Shown here piece after piece: positions 19,317-30,150 of a DNA stretch of 61,036 nucleotides (positions within the stretch are counted from its first letter, which is position 1; each line of letters opens with the position of its first letter). A model generated the notes under the pieces. It had not been told where the DNA came from. It was given only the letters and a program-made list of their open reading frames with translations, and did not search any database. Origin of the DNA: an uncultured Lachnospiraceae bacterium (lineage in GTDB: Bacteria > Bacillota > Clostridia > Lachnospirales > Lachnospiraceae); assembly GCA_965645705.1 (NCBI GenBank), contig CBFFWQ010000011.1, positions 64,001 through 125,036 of the forward strand. The letters are read 5' to 3'. The position numbers and the translations under genes are program-made.

Positions 19317-20556
19317 GACTGACCACCGCCTCTTCTTCTATTGGTGTCATCTCGGACAAACCAAGTTGATAAACTACATACCGACCATCAAAATCAAGCA
19401 TTTCTTCATCTGTACGGACGGCACGTTCCTCTGGAAACTCTACTACAATCCTTACATACTCACCTATACTATCCTCTAATACATTCACTAAATTGGTTCG
19501 CATTTCTAAGCTTTGCCCAACACCTAAAGGAGTAGCAGGTGTCACATAATCATACAATTGATAATCTTTCTCTATTCTTGCTGTAGAAGCTCTAGTTGTA
19601 CACTTTGTATCATTCAAACTTGATACAAGATAAAAACTAAGTTCAGGGTTCGCTTTATTTTTTGTAAAGGAATCAAATCTTGTTACACCACGATTATTAT
19701 CTGGCTTCTTCAAGTATTTAAAAACATAATTAATGTCAAATACACGAACTCTGTCATCTACATAATAAGCTTCCGTATCTGCACGAAGATTATCCTCTAC
19801 CCTAGTAAAAGAGAACTGATATTCTGCACCACAAATAGAAACCAGCTTCACTAAATCATTTGCAGTACGCAACTTCGCTCCCTGCTTTGCATACTTTAAA
19901 GGTGTAATGTCGTAATAAATAGTGTCAAAGTTTACATCAGAAGCGGTATCTACTAATTCGATTTTCAATCTATAATCACCATGAATAGAAGATGTATAAG
20001 GTTGCATACCAACTTCAACTGCTTTTATTTTATCTCCTTGATAGACTTCTAGCTGTTCATCAAACCCACTCCAACCAACACTGCACGCTGAACCAACAAC
20101 ATCACCTAAAGAATCAACTAGCGAAATCGTTGGAACTATTTTTGCAGTTAGACGATTAGATAAGTAATCACCAACATCAAAAACCAAGTTAAAAGAATAA
20201 CTATTTCTAACTCCATAACGAATTGCACTAGAATTATACCAATCCCAAATACCCAACAACTCTACTTGTCGAATACCTAAAGTACCATAGTAAACTCCAT
20301 CTGCAATCAAGGCAGCACTTTCTCCCCATGAATAAATAGGTTCTTCATACGGTGATACACTCAATTCGTCCTTTACCTCATAAGATAATTTAATAGAATT
20401 CTGTTCTGCATCTAAAGCTGAGTCAGAATCACTATTACTACTGTCGTTCTGAACAATTGGAGTATCGACCTGCTTACCCCCAGAGTTAAAAAAAGAACAG
20501 CCTTCCAAAGAAGAAAGACTGCTCAATACAATTAGAAAAAATAATTTACGCTTCAT
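19306..20556 (-). CDS. Lipoprotein
   Basis: Lipobox SLEGCS; 416 aa. Confidence 0.55.
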   Translation of the reverse strand: MKRKLFFLIVLSSLSSLEGCSFFNSGGKQVDTPIVQNDSSNSDSDSALDAEQNSIKLSYEVKDELSVSPYEEPIYSWGESAALIADGVYYGTLGIRQVELLGIWDWYNSSAIRYGVRNSYSFNLVFDVGDYLSNRLTAKIVPTISLVDSLGDVVGSACSVGWSGFDEQLEVYQGDKIKAVEVGMQPYTSSIHGDYRLKIELVDTASDVNFDTIYYDITPLKYAKQGAKLRTANDLVKLVSICGAEYQFSFTRVEDNLRADTEAYYVDDRVRVFDINYVFKYLKKPDNNRGVTRFDSFTKNKANPELSFYLVSSLNDTKCTTRASTARIEKDYQLYDYVTPATPLGVGQSLEMRTNLVNVLEDSIGEYVRIVVEFPEERAVRTDEEMLDFDGRYVVYQLGLSEMTPIEEEAVVSLAD

Positions 20557-20557
20557 C

Positions 20558-21403
20558 CTAGCTCACCACACTTACTGTATACACACCATCACTTACACTA
20601 CACGATAAAGGAGTTCCTGAATTACCTACTTGAGCAAACCATTCTAAATCTGACAAAGTAGAAAATTCCTCAATAATCTGCTGCACACCTAGCTCTAAGT
20701 GATAGTCTTGTGTCTTGAATACTAATTTCGTAATATCATTTTTTACCCAATTCAAATCTAAAGGGATGCTATAACAAGCAAATAATCCTTTTGATGCAAA
20801 AGAAAGTAAAGAATCCCCCACCGTATACACTGGCTTTAAACTATCAATAAACTGTACTGCATACTCTCCATAACTAAAGAGTGGATCAAATGAAGATGCA
20901 ACACTACTGGAAAGAATACTCTCCAAGACTCCTATACACGTCACCTGCTCAGAATCTAAAGGGAGATTTAATGGTTTCTCTTCAAAAGCGGAAACTGGAA
21001 TAGCAAGGTAACCATCAGTCAAAACACTGTCATGCGTTACTGGTACTGGTCGTTCAAAAGCAACTTCCGTTACATAAGGCTGATTATTGCTTACATCAGT
21101 AAGATAAGCGAGATACAATAAATGCATCAAATTTACACTATACTTTTCACTATTACCCTTAAAATACCTATTGCAAAACAGAATTTCATCTACGCAAAAC
21201 CAACCATTCTGTATCATAGTAGTTGCTAATGCAATTATTTGTGGATCATTACACAAGATAGATTCCATAAATTCTTGTGCTGTTTCATTTGAATACTCTG
21301 GTCTATCACAATTGACAAGACCTAATTTATTTGCAGACAAAGGAGAACGTCTTAGAATAATTCCCTCAAAATCTTTTATATTTTCACGCATACTTCTATC
21401 CAC
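20558..21403 (-). CDS. Hypothetical protein
   Basis: 281 aa; its stop abuts the start of the next gene. Confidence 0.5.
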   Translation of the reverse strand: MDRSMRENIKDFEGIILRRSPLSANKLGLVNCDRPEYSNETAQEFMESILCNDPQIIALATTMIQNGWFCVDEILFCNRYFKGNSEKYSVNLMHLLYLAYLTDVSNNQPYVTEVAFERPVPVTHDSVLTDGYLAIPVSAFEEKPLNLPLDSEQVTCIGVLESILSSSVASSFDPLFSYGEYAVQFIDSLKPVYTVGDSLLSFASKGLFACYSIPLDLNWVKNDITKLVFKTQDYHLELGVQQIIEEFSTLSDLEWFAQVGNSGTPLSCSVSDGVYTVSVVS

Positions 21404-21549
21404 CTTTCATGATGTGATTAAAAACCGGCAGAATAAGAAATTTCTGATAACAATGCACGCAATCCAACTACCAAAATAAAAAAGAATAAACCTGTTCGGA
21501 AATTTCGCTGGTGATAATACAGTGCTTAAAAATACACCAAAGCAATGAA

Positions 21550-21650
21550 TTTCTATACTCACGAACTTTTAGATTTGCCAGTAAAATACTTATTATAGTT
21601 GGTATATCTTTTTAGTTAGCGGTAAATTTTACAGCTCGTGAGTATAGCGA
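21550..21650 (-). promoter_or_regulatory. Inverted pair of conserved 12-13-mers (TATACTCACGAAC ... CTCGTGAGTATAG) upstream of 20558..21403
   Basis: Arms at ~21553-21565 and ~21637-21650; same element as at 32205-32282 and 59797-59850. Confidence 0.4.
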
Positions 21651-21651
21651 A

Positions 21652-21993
21652 TCAACTAAAGTGGTAAACAAAAAATTCCTTGATACTCTGTAAGACATTT
21701 TTACCACTATCCTCAAAACCTTTCAGTGGAGTGTCATCGTTCATGCCCTGTCCATAATCTTTTTCTACGAAAGAGTCTTCTGCCTTATCCAAACCAGAAT
21801 CAATTTTATTATTTATTTTCTCTCTAAGACCATTAATTTTCTTCTCACTATCATTAGAAAGATTTACGTCCACATTCTTTTCTGCCATTGTTTTTGTTTC
21901 TTCTGCAGAATCAAAAACACCCTGATCAGCACAACCTGTCAATAAAACTAAAAACAATACAGAACCTAAAGCTAATCTTCTCATACACTCCAC
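21652..21993 (-). CDS. Small lipoprotein
   Basis: Lipobox LLTGCADQ. Confidence 0.45.
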   Translation of the reverse strand: MECMRRLALGSVLFLVLLTGCADQGVFDSAEETKTMAEKNVDVNLSNDSEKKINGLREKINNKIDSGLDKAEDSFVEKDYGQGMNDDTPLKGFEDSGKNVLQSIKEFFVYHFS

Positions 21994-22042
21994 CTACCTT
22001 GAAACAGAATTTACAAATCTAAAGAATCATAAGTATAGCCTA

Positions 22043-22405
22043 CTACTTAATCACACCTTGCTCTATCATCTTTGCAATTTTCTCATCGGTAACAGGTTTT
22101 ATTAATTTATAGTCAACGGGATAAGTCGGACCTCCAACTACGAAAATTGCCTTCTCTTTTTCACAAATCGCAATACGCTTTGTATTAATATTTGCCTCAC
22201 TAAGAGCCATCAATATTGCTAATTGTTCATATTTAGTAGATGAAAGCTCATAATCATAAAGACAAGCTGATACTGCGTTATTAGCGACAAAATCAGCGAT
22301 CTCATGAATGTTATCTGTTACAATGCCAACCTCTATACCAGCGGCTTCTAAATTAGTCTGTAACACGAATGCGTTAAGACCTCGTTTCTGATAAACTGCT
22401 ACCAT
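22043..22405 (-). CDS. Receiver (CheY-like)-domain-like protein, possibly a pseudo-receiver
   Basis: C-terminal DYKLIKPVTDEKIAKMIEQ resembles the receiver alpha5 motif (D-YL-KP). No N-terminal acidic pair is present. Confidence 0.3.
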   Translation of the reverse strand: MVAVYQKRGLNAFVLQTNLEAAGIEVGIVTDNIHEIADFVANNAVSACLYDYELSSTKYEQLAILMALSEANINTKRIAICEKEKAIFVVGGPTYPVDYKLIKPVTDEKIAKMIEQGVIK

Positions 22406-22491
22406 AGTAACCCTTCTTTCTTTTTATTATTTGTTTACTGTTGCATTCACGAACCTTAAAATTTGCTAAACAAAAAGCTCGTACCTAAAGC

Positions 22492-23202
22492 CTATATCCT
22501 GATGCCATAAAGATCTTGAGCAAAAACTCTAAGGATAGGACTTCTTCTTAATTTAACAAGACTACGATGTACACGAAGTCTTGCTGCATCATACGTAATC
22601 CCAACTCTTTCTGCAATTACAGAAAATTCTACTCCTTCCACAAATCTTGCATACACCATAGCATAATTTTCAGGAGTTAATAATCTGCGTGCCTCTTCCC
22701 AAATCTGATTCTTGTACAATTGGCATTCTATGGCATCTAATTCTTCCATACCACACGACTTCACCACTGAATACTCTGTCTTGAAACAATCATCTATAGG
22801 TAGAATCTTTATCTTAGGTAATTCATCTCGTGCAAAAGTACTCGCTTCTCTCTCTGGTACATGAAATTGGCAAGTTGATTTCATTCTAAAATTATAAACA
22901 TAGCGTTTCATCCAGAACCTAAAGTAAGTAATAAATTTAATTCCTAAACCAAATTTAAAGCGTCTCACTGCACTAACCAATGCTAAATAAGAAACCTGCA
23001 GATAATCCTCATAATCCCTTGCATGATAATCAACTAATAGACCATACTCCTTAATACAATTTACAATAAAACCTAAATTCTGTCTATACAATAAAACAAG
23101 ATCCGTTGCTACTGCACGATTATCACTGGATTGAATTTTCCACACCAATTCAGCATTTTTATCAACGGTTTCCAAATTATTCTTTATCATTCTGACCTCC
23201 AT
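22492..23202 (-). CDS. RNA polymerase sigma-70 family factor
   Basis: Region-2-like YLQVSYLALVSAVRRFKF...FITYFRFWMKRYVYNF and region-4 HTH YAMVYARFVEGVEFSVIAERVGITYDAARLRVHRSLVKLRR. Confidence 0.6.
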   Translation of the reverse strand: MEVRMIKNNLETVDKNAELVWKIQSSDNRAVATDLVLLYRQNLGFIVNCIKEYGLLVDYHARDYEDYLQVSYLALVSAVRRFKFGLGIKFITYFRFWMKRYVYNFRMKSTCQFHVPEREASTFARDELPKIKILPIDDCFKTEYSVVKSCGMEELDAIECQLYKNQIWEEARRLLTPENYAMVYARFVEGVEFSVIAERVGITYDAARLRVHRSLVKLRRSPILRVFAQDLYGIRI

Positions 23203-23309
23203 ATTCCAGAAGGGTCACTTGGCAACTAACTAATACTGCCAAAATTTGGAAACCGTTCAATCTTTTGATAAAGTTTTTTAAAAATTATGATAGTTTGTGA
23301 AATTGGTGA

Positions 23310-23750
23310 CTATAAATACTGATTATCATAATACTGATTGTAAAACACTTGCACCTTTTCATAATCAATAAAAGAACCATCTTCTGTAAAAACAAGATTT
23401 ATATCGAAATTTTTTATGCACATCAATAAGGTTAGCTGCTTTACTCCATTTGGGGGAGCATCTGTATTAACTTCATTAATCAAATCAACTTTATGATCTA
23501 AAGCGAATACAGCGGCTTCTACACTTTCCGTACTTAAACGCTCTATCTTCAATCTTTTGTAAATTGCAGGACCAAATGATTTAATTCTATTTAATAGACT
23601 TTTACGACGCTCAAATTTATCACAATGACCAGAATCTAAAGGATTGACCACCCTGTTATTGGATTCATCAGCTTGAGCATTCTCTGCAAACAATTTACTG
23701 CCAACTTCAACAAAGGCATCACTTTCTTTTGCTTTATTCATAGTCCTCAT
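23310..23750 (-). CDS. Hypothetical protein
   Basis: 146-aa ORF. Confidence 0.45.
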   Translation of the reverse strand: MRTMNKAKESDAFVEVGSKLFAENAQADESNNRVVNPLDSGHCDKFERRKSLLNRIKSFGPAIYKRLKIERLSTESVEAAVFALDHKVDLINEVNTDAPPNGVKQLTLLMCIKNFDINLVFTEDGSFIDYEKVQVFYNQYYDNQYL

Positions 23751-23756
23751 GCCTTT

Positions 23757-26048
23757 CTATCGAATATCAATAATAAGATCCTCAGCACTCGTCTCGCATA
23801 AAAATACAAAATGCTTTTGTGATTGATTTTTATAAGCATCCAGCCTGCGGTAAAGTGCTTCAAACGCTCTCAAAAATTGTGAGAAGCTTCCATTAAAAAT
23901 AACACTACCAGCCTGCTGTACAATAATAGTAGTATCAGAAGTTTCCTTATATAAATTAAGCTGTGGTTTCTCTATACCTAAATGTTGTAAGAATTGTTTA
24001 CATACCATAATGAAAAATCTTGCATACATCTGCTTACTATTAGGCATAAATTTAAACCTAAGTAGCACACTTGCTACCTGAAAGAAACTTGTCTTTGTAA
24101 TCATCTCTTGATTAGAATCCCTAAAATAATAAAAAATACTGTCAAGTTTACTTGACAGCCCCTCACTCTTTACAAGTTGTTTTAATTTTTCTCTAAGCAT
24201 TCTTCCTGATTCTCCGTTCTTACTAATTCCAGGACCTTCCTTATCTTCAATAAGATCAGAGTCATTACCTTTCACTGGAGTCGTACTATCCAGTAAATAA
24301 TACAAATTATAAGAATCTAAATGTGACAATTCGATTGAAAATTTATGCTGACCTAAATCTTTACACCATGCCTGTAACGAACACAAAAGCTTGTCATTCT
24401 GTTGAATAGACTTAACACAATCTCTTGCATTACAAGCAATAGAATAACCATTTGAACTATCTAAAGGTTCAACGAAAAGCTCTCTACCAGAAGCTAAACA
24501 CCCTTTTAAAAACTTTTTTGAATAATCGTCTACGTTCATTATAAGCTCTAAATAATGCAAGGTTAAAAATGGCTTTTTATTCACAACAATAGAAACTATC
24601 TCCATGTCATAATTTCTGTTGCTTCTTACAGTAAATCCATTATTATTAGCTAAATAAATCAAGTAATCATGAACTAATTGTTTGATTGGAGGAAGTGTTT
24701 CATAACTTCCTACAAACGTAATTATTTGCAGATTTTTCTTCTTTGTTGTAGCTAAATCAATCTGCAAATACATGAAAATATCCTGATAAGAAATTCTATC
24801 TGCTATATAAGAATCATACACACTCTCAATAAGATTAGTATGTAAATCGTCTATATCCAAAATCAAATTCTCATGCTGAACTAAAGCATTAATCGTTGTG
24901 ACTTTATAACTATGTCTACTTAAGAACTCAAAATCGAAATCCTTGGCTAAGACAATAGTACTTAACAAATCAATACTCTTTGAATGTTCTGACAACATCC
25001 CCTGTGTTACATCGCCAAATGCGTAATCATTCTCCAATAACTTTTGCATTAATTCAGGGTATACACAAACATCCTGATCAAAACTTTCTCCATTTAATTT
25101 ACGATTTACATACGATTTAAATGTTTCAAAATTTTTGTAATAATTCAACACCTGCACTATATCAAAGCAATTGCTTGATTCTAAACTAAAGATCAGGTCA
25201 TTATAACTTGGACTAAGAGAATACTTAAAATAATGCTGCTTTTCAAAACATGGTGATTGATAATGAGATAAAAAGAAATCTATATCTTCCAAAGTAATTG
25301 GTCTTTTATCCAGCACGCAAAGTTTGATTTCATCCATACTTAAATCAAATATCTTTTCGTAAACAATATCATCTGCAACAATCTTATATTTAAGAAGTAA
25401 ATACTCTTTCAATACACGCTTTTCTACAGCTTCAAAAGTGTCCCCTTCCCAAAATGCAATCGCTCTTGAATTAGGATAAAGTTGCTGATAAACGCTAATC
25501 AAGAATTCCTCAAATTCGTAATCATTTGCCGAATCTAAAGGAACTCCCTTTGAAAATGCAAAAGCTATAAAATCATTTTCTAGGTCGGTTCTATCCCATG
25601 AATCATAATATTCTCCTGGATCTTCTTCTTCTCCTACTCTTAAATTAAAATTTAATACAAGTGGTTCTTGCATAAAATAACTAAAATTAGCTGTATTACC
25701 ATTTGCTGGAGTATGATCACCATCAAAAGTATCTATAGAAGATGCAGGTTCATCCTGCATACTGACACTTTGTAAATCATTACTTCCGTATCTTTCACTA
25801 AGATTACTTGCAAAATTTCCCCACTTTTTTGCTGCACTACTTGAACGACTGGAATTAGATTTCTTTCGCTGCAACTGTTCTGTAGAAATTCTACTCTTAC
25901 TAATACCCTTAATAGCACTATCCCAAGCCGATTCGCTACTTTTGGAGGATCCTGGAAGACTATACAATGAATCCTCTGTATCATCTTCTATTGTAGGGAC
26001 AAATGCATTAGACATATTTGCTCTTTCAATTCCACCTGGCATAATCAA
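23757..26048 (-). CDS. Large hypothetical protein (763 aa)
   Basis: Long uninterrupted ORF. Confidence 0.55.
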   Translation of the reverse strand: MIMPGGIERANMSNAFVPTIEDDTEDSLYSLPGSSKSSESAWDSAIKGISKSRISTEQLQRKKSNSSRSSSAAKKWGNFASNLSERYGSNDLQSVSMQDEPASSIDTFDGDHTPANGNTANFSYFMQEPLVLNFNLRVGEEEDPGEYYDSWDRTDLENDFIAFAFSKGVPLDSANDYEFEEFLISVYQQLYPNSRAIAFWEGDTFEAVEKRVLKEYLLLKYKIVADDIVYEKIFDLSMDEIKLCVLDKRPITLEDIDFFLSHYQSPCFEKQHYFKYSLSPSYNDLIFSLESSNCFDIVQVLNYYKNFETFKSYVNRKLNGESFDQDVCVYPELMQKLLENDYAFGDVTQGMLSEHSKSIDLLSTIVLAKDFDFEFLSRHSYKVTTINALVQHENLILDIDDLHTNLIESVYDSYIADRISYQDIFMYLQIDLATTKKKNLQIITFVGSYETLPPIKQLVHDYLIYLANNNGFTVRSNRNYDMEIVSIVVNKKPFLTLHYLELIMNVDDYSKKFLKGCLASGRELFVEPLDSSNGYSIACNARDCVKSIQQNDKLLCSLQAWCKDLGQHKFSIELSHLDSYNLYYLLDSTTPVKGNDSDLIEDKEGPGISKNGESGRMLREKLKQLVKSEGLSSKLDSIFYYFRDSNQEMITKTSFFQVASVLLRFKFMPNSKQMYARFFIMVCKQFLQHLGIEKPQLNLYKETSDTTIIVQQAGSVIFNGSFSQFLRAFEALYRRLDAYKNQSQKHFVFLCETSAEDLIIDIR

Positions 26049-26317
26049 ACCTCCTCTGCTAATCCGACAACATCAATAATTCTAAACAACTACCAGAGCA
26101 ATAAAAATGCACAACAATACAAAATAAACCGTAAATACTCTCACAATCTAAAGAACTATATAAAAATAAATTTATACTATTGATAAGTAAAATACCTAAA
26201 CAAACACTATAAATTTGTTTTGTATCAATTCCTTAGAAAAGCTTGTAAGTAGAGTACTGATAACAACAAAAAGATTCATTACGCTCTTAACGCAATGAAT
26301 CAGCAATTTAGAAGTGC

Positions 26318-27088
26318 CTAATAAACACAAATTAAGCTATAATAAACAGCACCATAATCTACATAACTATCTATTCGATTTTGTTCTATCTTCTCGCAAT
26401 GTATTATTTCGCCATAATGATTGTGCAAATACAAATACACAATAAAATCACTAGAATGCTTAATAATACCCTTAATCCTGTTAATACCCTTTTTCTTTAA
26501 GGAAACCTTTACAAACTCATTATCCAATTTGTAATCTAAGGGGTGTAATACACTAAAGTCAGCATAAACCAAAGCATCAGGTGAAATAGAATCAAAATAC
26601 ACCTCACCTAGAGCCAAATACTTTGCATCAATAGGAATTGTAAAAGAAAGTGTCTTAAGCTCCCTAGGATTATAATAATCTAAAGAAACTGTATCCGAAC
26701 ACAATAATTCCTTATTCTCACCATAAAACTCTATCTCTACACTCAAAAACTTTCCTAACAAGGAATGACTTGTATCAAAATTAATGCTTGCTCTATTACA
26801 CCTAATAGAAATGCCATAGAACCTTACAAAATCATCCTCATAAATAAGAACATTATTATCATAAACTAAAGGAATAAGGTCAGTATCAAGTCTTACATCA
26901 TACCCTGAAAATACCTCGTTCTCAAAATAATTAGCATAATTATCCATACTCAATTGCATAGAATCAGTTGCTTCCGAATACAATACCTCTTTGCTAACAT
27001 CAATTTTACGAGAATCTAAAGTACAGCCTACAAACAAACTACTTACTACTAACAGCAACGTACTCACGAACCGTAGATTCTTTCTCAT
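26318..27088 (-). CDS. Lipoprotein
   Basis: Start moved to internal Met: MRKNLRFVSTLLLVVSSLFVGC (lipobox). Confidence 0.5.
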   Translation of the reverse strand: MRKNLRFVSTLLLVVSSLFVGCTLDSRKIDVSKEVLYSEATDSMQLSMDNYANYFENEVFSGYDVRLDTDLIPLVYDNNVLIYEDDFVRFYGISIRCNRASINFDTSHSLLGKFLSVEIEFYGENKELLCSDTVSLDYYNPRELKTLSFTIPIDAKYLALGEVYFDSISPDALVYADFSVLHPLDYKLDNEFVKVSLKKKGINRIKGIIKHSSDFIVYLYLHNHYGEIIHCEKIEQNRIDSYVDYGAVYYSLICVY

Positions 27089-28754
27089 TGTCAAACACCT
27101 TATTCCCAATAACAGTTATGCAACGAACTCTCTCCATCTTCCTATTAAAGAAAGTCACTGAATGCTCTGATTCAAATTTCAGTCTATAGTCTAATAAATA
27201 CAATAACAGTCCATACTTCGGAGCAAATACATAACCGTAACCATACTTAAGCCCTTTTCTAATGTATTCACGCAAAGAAGTGTACTCTTTTGTCTTTTCA
27301 TTAGAAAGAATTGGTACATCTGGTAGTACACTTAAAGCTGCAATACACGAACGTCTTATTAACAAAAGATCAGGAAAAGCGTCCAAATCTGTTCTTGTTT
27401 TATCATTAAGTCTAAGTTCTATCTCATCAGCATGACTAATGCCATGCCTGATAAACATCTCTATGAAAGGAGTACTTTGATTAGAATGCTTGCAACCACC
27501 CAACAAAACATTATGAAGAGACTGTTTATTCCGTAGCCACTCTGTACGAAATCCATGTGACCTCATAGACCGAAAGAAAGACAATGGAGATACACCATTT
27601 ACCTCATTCTCAGAATAACCTAAAGAACGGAGACGATTAATCTCTTCCTCATCTTGAGAATACTTATAAGCATACAAATCCTGTATCGCTGAAAAAGATA
27701 AATTACGCAATAAACTGTTTACATTATACCTCTGCAATGCCAGATCTGTAAGAAATTTACTTGCTTCGTCATCAATATCCTGAAATAGAAAATCGTAAGG
27801 TACAAAACCATTGATACACTTAATAAGGCACTTCAACTTAACTTCACTCAAATCATTCTCCATTACTATGGAGAAATCCATCTTATTACGAATCATAGTA
27901 TTTATAGCAGAAACCTTAGATGAAGCAAGGCTACCCAACTCGTAAATAAATGCATTCATGTTTATCATAGTATCTGGATCCCATATCCAAATATTAACCA
28001 TCTCATTTGATGCATAGGAGAACTTAAAAAAGCCATTCTCCCTAAAACTCTTATAACTCTTATAAGGCATCTTATAACTCTCTTGATGGAGTTCCGCTAC
28101 TTGATAACCCATAGTCATCTGGTCATAAACTAAAGTAGTCTCCTGTAAAAATACTGGCTGCATATCTTTATCAATACCATCATCTAAAGAGCTGTCTGGT
28201 AGTCGAACAAAGAAAGTTTGTCCAGTCAAATACTGTCGTTTCAGCTTTTCACAATACACAGGATCGTTAAAAGTTTTCGTCCATCCTATAAAATTCTCCA
28301 TACCACCTTCTATTGGATACAAAACCAAAGCAGGTCTATCTGATACAGGACCAAATGTTGGTCTTATGTTTGCTGCAGCTGCAACATCAGGATAATCTGA
28401 TAACAAAGTAACTGTTGTTAGAAATTTATTAACCGAATTTATTTTTTGCTTAGAAGCAGTCATTTCATCATAGTTTTGCAAGTTCTTTACGAAATTGCCA
28501 AAACCAATTAAAATACCATAATACTCAGCACTCCACATACTATCAGTATCTTCTAAGCTAACCTGCTGATAATAATTAGTCTCATAAATCTCCGAAGAAC
28601 CTTTGACACGCTCCGCTATGTCTTTATCTTCAAGAAACAAATAACAATCTTTTCTCCGAAAATTACCAGAACCCTTATAATTTAATTCTACCCAGCCTCT
28701 ATCTAATAAAAGTTTTGTTATAGTAGGTAGATACTTATTCAAATCCGCTCGCAT
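27039..28754 (-). CDS. Hypothetical protein (571 aa)
   Basis: Long ORF. Confidence 0.55.
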   Translation of the reverse strand: MRADLNKYLPTITKLLLDRGWVELNYKGSGNFRRKDCYLFLEDKDIAERVKGSSEIYETNYYQQVSLEDTDSMWSAEYYGILIGFGNFVKNLQNYDEMTASKQKINSVNKFLTTVTLLSDYPDVAAAANIRPTFGPVSDRPALVLYPIEGGMENFIGWTKTFNDPVYCEKLKRQYLTGQTFFVRLPDSSLDDGIDKDMQPVFLQETTLVYDQMTMGYQVAELHQESYKMPYKSYKSFRENGFFKFSYASNEMVNIWIWDPDTMINMNAFIYELGSLASSKVSAINTMIRNKMDFSIVMENDLSEVKLKCLIKCINGFVPYDFLFQDIDDEASKFLTDLALQRYNVNSLLRNLSFSAIQDLYAYKYSQDEEEINRLRSLGYSENEVNGVSPLSFFRSMRSHGFRTEWLRNKQSLHNVLLGGCKHSNQSTPFIEMFIRHGISHADEIELRLNDKTRTDLDAFPDLLLIRRSCIAALSVLPDVPILSNEKTKEYTSLREYIRKGLKYGYGYVFAPKYGLLLYLLDYRLKFESEHSVTFFNRKMERVRCITVIGNKVFDNEKESTVREYVAVSSK

Positions 28755-29123
28755 TAAATCCCTGCCTTTCCCAAATATTAAAAATTTAAAACCAGACTCA
28801 CTAGCTGTAAAATTTACTACTAACTGAAAAGATATACCAACTATAACAAATATTTATTGGCAAATCTAAAACTCGTGAGTATATGCTAAACTTTCTTAAT
28901 GCATTTATTGCAAAAAAATAAAAGAGGTCAGTTAAGACTTCTTCTAATAACTTTCAAACTATTGTTTCAATCCACTCAGCAGTTAGGAGCAAGACAATTA
29001 CGTGGATTGCTTCATGACAAAGGATACCGCTTTCGCTCCGCCAGCTACTACCGTTACACTTGTTCCTAGCAATTCCTCCACCTACCTCAGAGGAAGAGGA
29101 ATCCTTACTGTTAATTGTTGAAT

Positions 29124-29668
29124 TTATTTTCTCCGATTATTTCCTAAAAAAGCATTTACTGGTTTTGCATCTAAAGAACTTGCATCAGTGTCACTTGTCT
29201 TTTTCTTCTTAGAAAAAATCTTATCATAATATTTTCTACTTGCTTCTGAATAATTATACTCTTGTTCTGCAATCTCATGTGCAGTAGTCACAGAATAATC
29301 GGGATTTTGCAACAGTATGGTAATCTCATACAACTCATGTTGGAGCATAAGTACATCATGAGGTTCTATATGTGCAAAATTTTTTCTGTCAATCGTCCCC
29401 ATGACTCAGCCATAGCATAATCAGGATCAAACGTTCTAAACCTACCGTTCCTACGCCAATGACAATTTTCAAAAATATAATCCCTTACAATCATAATCTG
29501 TTCAATAGAAAAATCGGTACGATCTGCAATTTTCGCACAATCAATAAATTTATTCCTGTTTCTAAACTGTTCGTATATTTTTTTGCAATATCTAGTGACT
29601 CAGGATCTCTATCAGGATCGTGAGCACCACTTTGCAAAAAATTCCTTTCATTCTCTTGCATAATCTAC
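29124..29668 (-). pseudogene. Possible frameshifted gene (three frame segments)
   Basis: The minus strand reads MQENERNFLQSGAHDPDRDPES...LNRL*, then in another frame IDCAKIADRTDFSIEQIMIVRDYIFENCHWRRNGRFRTFDPDYAMAESW, then the annotated ORF MGTIDRKNFAHIEPHD.... The junctions are in A/T runs. Confidence 0.3.
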
Positions 29669-29901
29669 CCCCACATTACTGAATAAATTTCTGGCAAAAA
29701 ACCGTCTTCTTCCATCGCAAGTAATAAATTTCCAGTAGCTTTAAAAACCTCCCAATCACGGTCATCTGGTGAAATCTCCCATCTTCTTTCCTTTCTAAAA
29801 ATTTTTACATCAAAATACCTGTTTGTTTTTGGATGATACGCCTTTGCCCAAATAAAATCATCATCATACCTAATTTCCATAAAATCAACCATTTTACACA
29901 C
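29665..29901 (-). CDS. Small hypothetical protein (78 aa)
   Basis: ORF MCKMVDFMEIRYDDDFIWAKAYHPK...; a degenerate internally deleted second copy follows at ~29960-30150. Confidence 0.4.
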   Translation of the reverse strand: MCKMVDFMEIRYDDDFIWAKAYHPKTNRYFDVKIFRKERRWEISPDDRDWEVFKATGNLLLAMEEDGFLPEIYSVMWG

Positions 29902-29959
29902 TCCTTTACTGTTCTAATTTTTAAACTATTCTTATGAAATCTTTTACAATACGTAAGGA

Positions 29960-30150
29960 TTCAGGATTTTCCCCAGAATTTCAAACACCACTTTGCAACA
30001 AATTACCCCCACATTACTGAATACTCTTCTGGCAAAAAATCATCTTCTTTCCTTTCTAAAAATTTTTACATCAAAATACCTATTTATTCTTGAATGATAC
30101 GCCTTTGCTCAAATAAAATCATCATACCTAATTTCTGTAAAATTAACCAT
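29960..30150 (-). repeat. Degenerate, internally deleted tandem duplicate of the 29600-29905 unit
   Basis: Near-identical strings (caccactttgcaa...cccccacattactgaata...ctttctaaaaatttttacatcaaaatacct...gatgatacgcctttgc...aaataaaatcatcat...cctaatttc) with a ~70-bp deletion and point changes. Confidence 0.6.

Noticed and set aside
25733-25984. 83-aa minus-strand ORF inside the 23757..26048 gene.
   Set aside because: It is an alternative frame of a longer, better-supported ORF.
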